Shown here: in pieces, positions 1-9,180 of the stretch
How the letters are laid out: each line of letters starts with the position of its first letter
Position numbering within the stretch: position 1 is the stretch's first letter
Assembly: GCA_965644295.1 (NCBI GenBank)
Contig: CBFFRP010000117.1
Span: 1-20,039, forward strand
DNA from: Paraphysomonas bandaiensis
Lineage: Eukaryota; Protista; Chrysophyceae
Direction: 5' to 3'
DNA length: 20,039 bases
Translations under genes and position numbers: made by a program
The notes under the pieces: model-generated
Databases searched by the model: none
Told to the model about the DNA's origin: nothing
Seen by the model: only the letters and a program-made list of their open reading frames with translations

Positions 1-1314
1 TTACATGAGATTGCTCAGGCGTCTAGAAGGCAGTCTATCGACGCAATCATTCCAACGCGAACTTCAACCAACGATGAATCAGATCCATTCGATGTAAAGT
101 CAGTCAAAGGTTCTATATTCAGAGAGATTGCCAGCAGCGAGAGACAGGTAGCCTCGAGTGGAGAAGTGGTGATGCGACAGGCTAAGGAGTGCAATGTCAG
201 AATAGATAGTTTCCAGCTATCGAAGGTGACGAAAGCTGTCAAAGCAATCATGAATTTTCAGGAAGAAGAGAACACGAAAGTCAGAGTTCAGAAAATTCTC
301 TCTCAAGCATGCAAAGAACACCTGCGTTCCAAATACCAGTTGACGCAGGGACAACTGGGATCGCTTGGTATTACAGATCTTATTAGAGTGATAGCCAACG
401 AGACCAAAGTGTTTTCTAGACCAGCGTTTTACAAGGAATTAGAGGAAGCCCTGCGACATTCCAGAGTCATGGGATGGGCTGTTGTGTCTCCCGTGAACCA
501 CGAGACATTCTACCATCAACAGCTAAAATTGATATCGGAGTTCGGAAGAATGCTTAACATTATGTTGGAGGGCAACAAGGACTGGTGCCCGAGAATTGAA
601 GACAAGCCGGGAGGACTTATTCGGCTTTTCAAAACGTGTAATGATGCAGAGTACTTCGAACATGTATGGAGTTGCATGACAGAAACTAAGTTTAAGAACA
701 TGCAGGAATTCTTTGATCAGTACACCGAAATTATTTCTGATGAGTATCAGTTGAGTGTAGCTGTTAAGGAAATCCCCTACAAATGTTTAACCGAGCACAA
801 GGAGAGGTTGAGAGTCTACAGAGAAAAAAAGGCAAATGAGAAGAAGATATTTTCAAAACCACGCGTCTTGAAACCTCTGAATGCCATTGAGGAAGGAGCG
901 TATGAAGTTCCAGACAGTGATGCGGAGCAATCACCAGTTGAGGAAGATGACTGGAGGAATTATTTACCAGAACCAGCAGCACCTACCGTGGCAATTTCTG
1001 CGGATTTAAAACCAGATGCTTCTTTGAGTATTGATCTAAATGAGTCAGATGAAGAGGAAGATGAGATTCCTGAACATCTACATGCGGTGGGACCACCTAC
1101 CAACTCGGACAAGAAGTATGGATGCTTACAGAAGATACTCACGGGAACTTGCAAGAGAGACAACTGCAAGTATTTGCACCATGGTCCAGAATTGGTTAAA
1201 GCAGCCAAGGAAATGAAATTAAAGATTGATAAATTTGTTCAAGGCACCTCGGACTCGGGTGCTGCGTCACAAACTTCCATCATGCGAAGAGAACCCTCGG
1301 GTACTCGAGCTTGA
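1..1314 (+). CDS. gag: Gag-like protein (5'-partial) with acidic linker and C-terminal CCCH zinc finger
   Basis: Frame +1 is open from base 1 to TGA 1312-1314, so the ORF-track start at 166 is internal. It sits directly upstream of pol and contains C-x8-C-x4-C-x3-H (CLQKILTGTCKRDNCKYLH) at 1123-1179. Confidence 0.8.
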   Translation, partial: LHEIAQASRRQSIDAIIPTRTSTNDESDPFDVKSVKGSIFREIASSERQVASSGEVVMRQAKECNVRIDSFQLSKVTKAVKAIMNFQEEENTKVRVQKILSQACKEHLRSKYQLTQGQLGSLGITDLIRVIANETKVFSRPAFYKELEEALRHSRVMGWAVVSPVNHETFYHQQLKLISEFGRMLNIMLEGNKDWCPRIEDKPGGLIRLFKTCNDAEYFEHVWSCMTETKFKNMQEFFDQYTEIISDEYQLSVAVKEIPYKCLTEHKERLRVYREKKANEKKIFSKPRVLKPLNAIEEGAYEVPDSDAEQSPVEEDDWRNYLPEPAAPTVAISADLKPDASLSIDLNESDEEEDEIPEHLHAVGPPTNSDKKYGCLQKILTGTCKRDNCKYLHHGPELVKAAKEMKLKIDKFVQGTSDSGAASQTSIMRREPSGTRA

Positions 1315-1318
1315 CTAG
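1312..1318 (+). promoter_or_regulatory. Putative programmed stop-codon readthrough site (UGA-CUAG) at the gag-pol junction
   Basis: Sequence GCT TGA CTA GGA. The frame stays open from 1315 straight into pol, with no ATG between 1315 and 1536. UGA-CUAG is an established leaky-stop context. Confidence 0.8.
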
Positions 1319-4300
1319 GAAGTAGAGACACTGAATATGTACATAGTAGGCATAAAGTCGAGCATGAAGAATCATGCGAGAGTGAAGATGATAAGAGGAG
1401 AACGCTTTCGCAGGATTTTGATTTACGTAGACTGAAGCAAGAAGACAATAGGTCTTCAGTTTTATACGCCAGTTATCCAGATAAGAAAATTCTATCCAGT
1501 AGTCACACGGTAGGAAGAGTAGTGCTAAACAGAAAAATGGACATTGAAGAATTAGTATATATATTATGTGATACGGGAGCCTTGTCAGCAAATTATGTTA
1601 GTGCTGATTTAATCAAAAGGATACGAAATAGACTAGATGACCAAGACATTATGAAGACCAAGTGCAGAGTCATATTGGCAGACAGTCGAACAGTGAAACC
1701 TTTGAAGGAGGCAGTGAAGTTAAATTTGAAAGTTGAAGACAAGAGAGCGAAGACTCACACATACACTGGAGAGTTTTTCGTCTTAGACATGAAGAGTCAG
1801 GACATAATACTAGGATTGCCGGCACTCACTGGTAAATTATATCCTTTTATGGACGAGCTGCTTAGACAGGCTAACCGGGAGCTAAAGGAGCAGGATGTCC
1901 TAGACTCGCAATTAAACCAAATAGAAGAGATGAAAGACACAGAGGATCTGGAACAGAGGAGATCAAATACGTTTACAAGAGACACTTTAATCAAGCCGTG
2001 GCTAAAATCCAATGATGAGGAAGCGCCAGAGGAAGCTGAAGTGGAACTGCCCGTAAACTTTGGGGATGCATTGACTTTCTTAGGGAAGCCTAGACAAGAA
2101 GCAGTTCAGGAATACCATGACTTGATAGACAAACATGTCAGTGAGGAACTTCGATGTAATACGGACATAGTAGCATTATTGAAAGGAAAGGCAGAGAAAG
2201 TCTTTGTTCCAGAGGAATGGAGTGGCATAAAAGGAATAGAGCCCTTGCGTTTGAAATGGAAAGAGACTTTGCCGGAGCGCATGAAGCCTAAGGCCAGACC
2301 CATCAACCCGAAACTTTGGGAAGCGTCGGAGAAGGAATTTCGTAGGTTATGTGGATACTTCTATGGGAAAAGCAGATCGCCATGGGCATCATGTTTAGTA
2401 GTCGCACCAAAGGCTACGCCACCCTACATAAGATTCTGTGGTGATTATGTGCAAATAAATAAGCACATGGAGGTAGGAAATCATACTATCCCCAATGTCA
2501 GGCACGAGATTCAGAAGATCACAAACTTTCCTTTGTACATGGACATCGATCTGACTAATGCTTTCCATCAAGTAGCTTTGCATGAAGAAACCTCGGAAAG
2601 GTTGTCCATCCAAACACCATGGGGACAGTTCGCTCCGAAGTTTATGCCTGAAGGCATCGCACCTGCCACTGGAATTCTTCAAGAAGTTGTAAGAGATTTG
2701 TTTTCGGACTTCAGCGACTGGGCCATCGTAATTTTTGATAATATGTTAATCTTAGCGGAGGATGCCACAGACGCCTATAAGAAGTTCGAAATGATAATTG
2801 ACCGGTGTATTGAACGTAATGTAAAACTCAAAATGCCTAAGAGTTGGCTGGGATTCCGGGAAGTGAATTTCTTTGGCTACGTGTGCAGACACAAATCGTA
2901 TGAGGTCAGTCCTGATAAGAAGGAAGCTTTGGCTAACATTCCAATGCCTACGAGTACTAAGACGGCCAGAAGCTTACTAGGAAAGGGAGTTTTCTTCTCA
3001 GGGTTCACACCTAGATATTCTGACTTGGTAGGTCATCTTCCGGACATGACCAAGAAAACTTTCAACTGGGATAAATCTACATGGAAGCATGATTATGAAG
3101 AGGAGTATCGAAGATTCATAAAGGGTCTACAAGATGCCTGTGAGTTATTTTATCCCGACTATTCGTTAGAATGGATCCTAAGAACTGATGCTAGCGAGCT
3201 AGGAGTAGGAGCAGTATTATTACAGAAGAAAATTTTAGAGGATGGTATTGTTCAGTTACAACCAATAGCATTTATATCGAAAAAATTCTCAACGCAAGCA
3301 CAACGATGGGCTACGATAGAGCAGGAAGGCTACGGTATCTATTATGCTGTCAGAAACCTCGCATATTATTTAGTGGGCAAGGAGTTTATTATTGAGACCG
3401 ATCATAACAATTTAGTGTGGATGGAGGCATCTGAAGTACCGAAAATTGTGAGATGGCGTATATACCTGCAATCGTTTAACTTTATGATTCGGCACATTCC
3501 AGGTTCTCAAAATTGGTTAGCAGATTGGCTCTCCAGAGCACATAAGTTGCAACATTTGGCTGGTATATTTCCTGATATGGACATTGAGGAATACATTGAT
3601 GAAACTATGTTTGGCAACTTAGACATCTATCTTAACAATTTTATGGATCCGGATGACAAGGAAGAAGAGTTGGAACCGTTGTATTTATCCAAAGAGGAAT
3701 GTTTTCAAGCAGTTCATAATGCCAGACAAGGTCACAAAGGAGCTTATGCCACGTGGGTAAAATTGAATAAGAAATGCCCGGGACACAGGATATCTTTTGA
3801 AGAAGTCACCGAGATGATCAATAAATGTCCCAACTGTGCTAAGACACGACTCGGAATGCAAGAAGCTTTGATAGCTATACCTCGCAGTTTAAAACCACCT
3901 TCAGCTCGTAGTGCCATCGGTATCGATGCAGTGGAAATTACACCCCACGGTAAAGAAGGCTACACGCATATTAACGTGGTGGTAAATCTGTTTACAAAAC
4001 ATGTCTTCCTCGAACCAGTGAAGGGAGTCACTGCCATAAATCTTGCTAATACTGTATGGAAGTATTGGAGTCAATTTGGTCATACTGATGTGATCATATC
4101 GGATCAAGGACCTGATCTAAAATCCCAATTATTTGATCAACTTTGCTCATATATCGGTGTCAAACACACATTCAGCATAGCGGATAGACATGCCAACGGA
4201 TGCGAGAGGATCATAGGAGAGGTAGTGCGGCATTTAAGAGCATTAGTATTCGATTACAGCGAGAAAGAAGAGAAGCGAGATGTATTTGAAGACCCCAGCT

Positions 4301-5316
4301 GGATTCCTACAGTGGCACATGTATTGAATTCTGAAGTATCATCTGAAACGGGGTATTCGCCTTTTGAGTTAACATTTGGTTCTGAGAGTGAGAGGTATAA
4401 CAATATGGGAAGGGATGAAGTACCAGAGAAAGCCCATGCTAGACTACATAAACTCAATGATAATCTAGCTCTGTTGCAACGCAGTTCGAGAGAATATCAA
4501 GATAAGTTGAAGGCCAAACGTTTCAGTAAAGGCATATCTCCTCAGCGACAGAATCAGTATCAGCCGGGCGACTTTGTTTTATTTGACAAAGGGGCCAAGG
4601 TTTACCCTAAAATGTCTCATAGATACCTAGGACCATTTCAGGTTATATCGCAATATAAGAATGATATTGACTGCAAACATTTGGTGACCGGAGTTGTAAC
4701 AAAAGTAGATGTACGGGATGTAAAATTATATCCCGGAGACAGGGAACAAGCCTATAAAATGGCTATGCGAGATCATGATCAGCATGAGATCGACACTATT
4801 TTACATTACACTGGAGACAGAGAACGGCGTTCAACAATGTTGTTTACAGTACGTTTCAAGGATGGAGATATCAGAGAGCTACCTTACAGCCAGGATTTAT
4901 TTGATTCCATAGCCTATGAGGAATTCTGTAGCAGCAAGCCTTATCTACATCATCTTATTTATACCACGGATGGGGCCGCCAAATATATCAGTGAGAAGAG
5001 GAAGCAGTCAATAACTACGGTTCAACCGGGTGACGAGGTGTATGTAGATATCAGAGTATTCGGAGATGACTGGTATGATGCCCTACAACTACCAGATTCG
5101 CCCACTGTTACATATGTGATGCAATTTATGCTCACTCACTGGTATCATAAAACCAGCAAGAAGCTAATTTCTGTCAAGAATCCCATGACCAAAGCCACAT
5201 ACAGATTTGATAACTACCATGTGAAATGTTTTGTACATCGCGACTTCGATCCGACAACTATGGTACTGATAGATTCCGACTTTGCGCTACGTTTTCCCCA
5301 AGTCCATCAACATTAA
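1315..5316 (+). CDS. pol: Pol polyprotein: aspartic protease, reverse transcriptase, RNase H, integrase, chromodomain-like domain and C-terminal extension
   Basis: PR: ILCDTGA. RT: RFCGDY, DIDLTNAFHQV, MPEG, IFDN, FFGY. RNase H: TDASELGVGAVL, EQEGYGI, ETDHNNL, NWLADWLSR. IN: HNARQGH...CPNC, IGIDAVE, ISDQG, NGCER, GPF motif. Chromo-like: HEIDTILHY...FTVRFKDG. No internal stops. Confidence 0.96.
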   Translation, partial: LGSRDTEYVHSRHKVEHEESCESEDDKRRTLSQDFDLRRLKQEDNRSSVLYASYPDKKILSSSHTVGRVVLNRKMDIEELVYILCDTGALSANYVSADLIKRIRNRLDDQDIMKTKCRVILADSRTVKPLKEAVKLNLKVEDKRAKTHTYTGEFFVLDMKSQDIILGLPALTGKLYPFMDELLRQANRELKEQDVLDSQLNQIEEMKDTEDLEQRRSNTFTRDTLIKPWLKSNDEEAPEEAEVELPVNFGDALTFLGKPRQEAVQEYHDLIDKHVSEELRCNTDIVALLKGKAEKVFVPEEWSGIKGIEPLRLKWKETLPERMKPKARPINPKLWEASEKEFRRLCGYFYGKSRSPWASCLVVAPKATPPYIRFCGDYVQINKHMEVGNHTIPNVRHEIQKITNFPLYMDIDLTNAFHQVALHEETSERLSIQTPWGQFAPKFMPEGIAPATGILQEVVRDLFSDFSDWAIVIFDNMLILAEDATDAYKKFEMIIDRCIERNVKLKMPKSWLGFREVNFFGYVCRHKSYEVSPDKKEALANIPMPTSTKTARSLLGKGVFFSGFTPRYSDLVGHLPDMTKKTFNWDKSTWKHDYEEEYRRFIKGLQDACELFYPDYSLEWILRTDASELGVGAVLLQKKILEDGIVQLQPIAFISKKFSTQAQRWATIEQEGYGIYYAVRNLAYYLVGKEFIIETDHNNLVWMEASEVPKIVRWRIYLQSFNFMIRHIPGSQNWLADWLSRAHKLQHLAGIFPDMDIEEYIDETMFGNLDIYLNNFMDPDDKEEELEPLYLSKEECFQAVHNARQGHKGAYATWVKLNKKCPGHRISFEEVTEMINKCPNCAKTRLGMQEALIAIPRSLKPPSARSAIGIDAVEITPHGKEGYTHINVVVNLFTKHVFLEPVKGVTAINLANTVWKYWSQFGHTDVIISDQGPDLKSQLFDQLCSYIGVKHTFSIADRHANGCERIIGEVVRHLRALVFDYSEKEEKRDVFEDPSWIPTVAHVLNSEVSSETGYSPFELTFGSESERYNNMGRDEVPEKAHARLHKLNDNLALLQRSSREYQDKLKAKRFSKGISPQRQNQYQPGDFVLFDKGAKVYPKMSHRYLGPFQVISQYKNDIDCKHLVTGVVTKVDVRDVKLYPGDREQAYKMAMRDHDQHEIDTILHYTGDRERRSTMLFTVRFKDGDIRELPYSQDLFDSIAYEEFCSSKPYLHHLIYTTDGAAKYISEKRKQSITTVQPGDEVYVDIRVFGDDWYDALQLPDSPTVTYVMQFMLTHWYHKTSKKLISVKNPMTKATYRFDNYHVKCFVHRDFDPTTMVLIDSDFALRFPQVHQH

Positions 5317-5354
5317 TTTTGACTTAGTTTTATACTGAGTTATATATTATTATC

Positions 5355-5385
5355 GAAAAAAAAAAAAAGAGAGGGAAAAAGGTAG
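5355..5385 (+). promoter_or_regulatory. Polypurine tract (plus-strand primer site)
   Basis: GAAAAAAAAAAAAAGAGAGGGAAAAAGGTAG, starting ~40 nt after the pol stop and immediately followed by TGTAA. Confidence 0.85.
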
Positions 5386-5541
5386 TGTAACCCTGGGGGT
5401 TTATATAGTAGCAAGTGTAGTAGTGAAATAGGGTATTCAACAACAAGAAGAGAGTCAACAACAGAAGAAGGACAGCAAACAGTACAAGATAATTATTTAC
5501 GAAGGAAGTGCAAACATCTAGCCACGAGTCACGGAATTACA
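5386..5541 (+). repeat. Probable 3' LTR (start well supported, end tentative)
   Basis: Starts TGTAA right after the PPT. A matching inverted TTACA lies at 5537-5541 (156 bp); an alternative end (...ATACA) is at 5645. The 5' LTR is not in the window for comparison. Confidence 0.55.
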
Positions 5542-6941
5542 ACAAGCCATTCACACTGAAGTGCATACTTGCGGCTACTCTAGGCAGTTATTAATATCAC
5601 GACACTCAAAACACGTTACCCAGTATCTCTACTACTTGCAATACATGTGAAGCCAGCCGACTGCACCTGTTGTTTTACGACGTAGAAGCAATAAGGGCAA
5701 TGGAGAGAGACTTAGGTAGCATCAACGTGATGTACACACAATTCTCTCTGCATCATCCTCAGAACAGCATAAGAAGGGATCTTCAGATGTTGCTAGTACA
5801 TCCTGAACATAAATGTCTCAAGTTAAGTGCAGAACTATGGATGTACACAGCCCAATACCTCTGTGAGCTGCATTTTCATGATGGTGCTCTGGATGTGGAG
5901 ATGAGCAGGAGTTAGGACCATTCAAGAGCATACTATAGACGCTATGCATGGTGATGCTGCTAAGCAGGCATAGTGGGTGGCTATTATGGCAAGCGTGTGG
6001 CTTAAAGAGGAATATATGGAGAGAGTAAAGATGCAATAAGTTTTATATGAGTTTAGGGAGTATGATAAGAGCAGTAGACTATCAGCGAATACGGTATCAC
6101 GTTACTCATTTTAGTTAGCTGTTTTTCAGTTTTATCACTATGGTTTTATTTCAGTTTTATGCGCAGTTATTCAGTTTTGTTTTATTGTCATAATACGTGT
6201 GGTATACACGGTGTATGCAAGAATGCATGCGGTGTGGTGTGTGTGATATAAAATGAACTTGGTTCATTCTGTAGATGCGTACCATTCTATATGTTATTCC
6301 TTGCATGTCATTGTTTTAAGTTACTTGACACTGTCTTAACAGCGACCTTTATTCTTAGAGGGAATACTGCGCGGCGTTATCTAGCGGATATCGTTGACCG
6401 TGTTAGGTGATTTAACAGTAATAATAAGTGTTTACTCATACCTTATTATACATTTTGTTGGGAGCAAACCAGCAAGTCTGGTTTGTGCATATCCGTAGAT
6501 GCTACATCTGTTATCCCGAGTACATACCGATTCCCGATAACGATTGCTTCGAGTGAATATAACAAGACCTCCACCGGGCTACTCGAATGTTCCACCACTT
6601 CTGGTACAGTCGTTGCTTGACTGTCTGCATTCTGTGAAATCTTCTCTCCAAGGTCGTCACCTCTCGTTTGTTGAGAGATGTTGTAATTTCTGTAAAAATT
6701 GTAACACCCTTCTATATTGGTGTCAGCATCATCATCTAATACAATATCGAGTCCAATGTCTCTGACGCGCTGCTCATCAGCACTCGTCGATATCGACTGT
6801 TGTTCTTCAATAATCATTGCTCTGATCCTTCTCAGAGTAAATGAAACAAACTAGAGTCATGAGCCTCCATTTTAGGTTCTCCCTCCATAGTAATAATAGA
6901 TAAATAACAATGAATATGTCTACACTACAACACACTAACTA

Positions 6942-6972
6942 AAGTAAACAATATGCAAACGTGGGAAATTTT
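6942..6972 (+). repeat. Left TIR of outer DNA transposon
   Basis: AAGTAAACAATATGCAAACGTGGGAAATTTT equals the reverse complement of 13534-13564 with one mismatch. Confidence 0.9.
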
Positions 6973-7375
6973 CAAAAATTTGGGAAAATCTAGTAGATTT
7001 TACTAGACTTTTAAGAATTTTTGTAGAATGGTTCTAAAAGTGCTTGAATGCACTAGTACTGTGTTAATAAATATTTAGGTCTTATAGGACACACCAACCG
7101 CACGTTTCCTTTTACCAGTAACTACGTTGTCTGCCCTAATACTACTACTATCAATATATATAAAGATCTGATTATTGACTACTACTATCAACCCACTCGT
7201 CTGCATGTGCAATTATTGAGTAGTTCCCAGCAGACGACAATCTAGGCGCAGAACTCTTTCTAACTACAGGTGCTTTCAACTGATTCGTGTCCATCTGCAA
7301 GGTACTCGTTTACATTGTCTGACTTAGGCATCCTTGCTTCCCACAACTTCCACTCATTAAATATAGTCGGATGTA

Positions 7376-7399
7376 CAGGGGGGATTCGAAATAAACAAC
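7376..7399 (+). repeat. Left TIR of nested element
   Basis: Exact reverse complement of 9791-9814. Confidence 0.95.
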
Positions 7400-7979
7400 T
7401 GTCTGATGAATGCTATGCTAAGTTAAGCTAGTTAGCTAGCTAGATGCTCTAGATTAATTCATATGAACACTTATATAAAATGCTATCTTGAAATACATGG
7501 GCGTTGCTTATTCTAATTTACTTGTACAGTTACACACAAATTACCAAAAAAAATCATGATTTTTACCAAATATATATCGAATAGTGAAATAGAAACAATT
7601 TTGAAAATAGCATATCTGCACGAAATAAACGAATTAGAACGTCATCTATAGCGCAAAGGAAACATAATGACATAGCAGTGACTATTCTACAGTAATATTT
7701 ATATTTTTCGATACATATGCTACGTAATTAGGTGTATAAGTACAACTAAACAAACATCATATATGTGTATTCCCGATATAAAAATATTTCAAGAAAATTG
7801 AATGAAAATGATAAAAATGATATTGCACCTGTGTAAAGAGTCAAAAAAGCTATCTTGATCCGACTTCCCGTTGCTTATTTGAATTTTCTCCGATTTCTAC
7901 ATATCACCAAAAATTAGGTCAAATATATGATATATCCACAGGCGGATATATAGATACAAGCATCACACAGACCTTTATA

Positions 7980-9180
7980 GTGCCCCCTTGCAATTTCTTC
8001 TTCTGGTACTAATCCCACTACCACTACTGGACTCTATTTCACCTTCTGGTAGCAATTCCTCATAAATGAAAAACGATTAGATGGTCATAAGTCGATGTAA
8101 CCGCCAAACCTGTTGAAATTTTGAAAAAGTCGATTTAAGTTAAATTTATGATACGTATTGCAATAATTAGTGTAGTAGATGTGAAGAGAACATGTTTGCA
8201 ATGAAAAATAATAAAAATTATATCACTTGCAGACCAAAAAATGTTAAATGAAACGGTTACATTATACATAATATGTGTTCTATATAGTGCTATATAATAC
8301 AAATGTTATTGATTAATTAAATGTACTTACAATCGACAAACAACCAAACTTCTGCCACGTTTTCCAGTAAGAATAGATGCAGAATATGCTGCACCAATGT
8401 CTGTCAACTCCTGATTGTATAGAAATAAATGAGGAATAACAATACGTATTATTATGTATATATTATACCACCTTCATATCGCAACAGGTACTGCAGGATT
8501 GCTCGAATATTGCCGTCGTTATCGACCTGAACCTCATACATCCCTCTGCCGTTGTATGAGTGAACTGTACAACCTAGCTGATATTAGGGTCCTCCACCAA
8601 AGCACCAATCTCACTCCTGCGGTACAATTTCATTAGCACTTGTACCGTCGCTGCTACAGAGCAAATATACCTTTATCACCGCTATCATTTTATATAGAGG
8701 TAAAACTTCAGTGTCATATCAAAAAATAGAGGTGAACGGTGCGACGTTCTTTGCTGTGTGAGCAGCAGCCCACTCTGATACAGCTCAACGAATTGACAGA
8801 CTGACAGCACTGAGCCTTTATACTTACTACAATGTGTCGGGGTCTCACACCTCCCACTCTTTGGATATGGTGCCTATGAGTGTCAATAACTTTATTGTTG
8901 AGGCAAAAGCGGACAATACAAGACCAAGATATTGACTCCGGGACCAACTGGTTAGCTTGCTGTCACTCATTGACAAGTACTGTGGTCTCTGTTGTCACAG
9001 ACCCAGAGCGAAGGCATGAGATGCGCAGTTCCTACCACTTCCATTAATCCTGGAGGTAACTTGTTCTCCCTCGCCTTGAGAGCTTATTCAGTATACCAAC
9101 TTCCACCCACCCCTCCACAGTTCGTTTTCATGTGGTTGACACAATGGTTCTTGAAACAGGAGTGATATTACATCTGTATT
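7980..9180 (-). pseudogene. Degenerate intron-containing gene inside the nested element, possibly a Mutator/MULE-like transposase remnant
   Basis: Manual minus-strand translation gives RRYKC**NCTAGVR (~8610-8650), YEVQVDNDGNIRAIL (~8494-8538), WCSIFCIYSYWKTWQKFG (~8340-8400) and LAVTSTYDHLI (~8075-8107), separated by AT-rich GT..AG segments. Many stops and frameshifts. Confidence 0.4.

Larger units (their letters stand above)
1..5541 (+). mobile_element. Ty3/Gypsy-like LTR retrotransposon (chromovirus-like); 5' LTR and start of gag lie outside the window
   Basis: gag-like ORF, then pol with domain order PR-RT-RNaseH-IN-chromodomain (Ty3/Gypsy order), then a polypurine tract and a TG-starting LTR. 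The right boundary is tentative. Confidence 0.95.

Noticed and set aside
1312-1314. UGA as reassigned Trp or as selenocysteine
   Set aside because: Trp is encoded by TGG throughout pol and the host genes, with no other in-frame TGA in more than 1260 pol codons. The position is an interdomain linker and I recognised no SECIS.
1522-1539. Independent pol start at GTG 1522 or ATG 1537
   Set aside because: The locus is eukaryotic, the frame is open back to the gag stop, and these starts sit almost on the protease active site. Readthrough explains the layout better, although it is not proven.
15-4457. Small minus-strand ORFs antisense to gag/pol
   Set aside because: Short, motif-free shadows of a long coding frame.
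7141-7191. 14-bp direct repeat ACTACTACTATCAA (7141 and 7178) as a TSD
   Set aside because: It is low-complexity and encloses only 23 bp; most likely a local slippage duplication.
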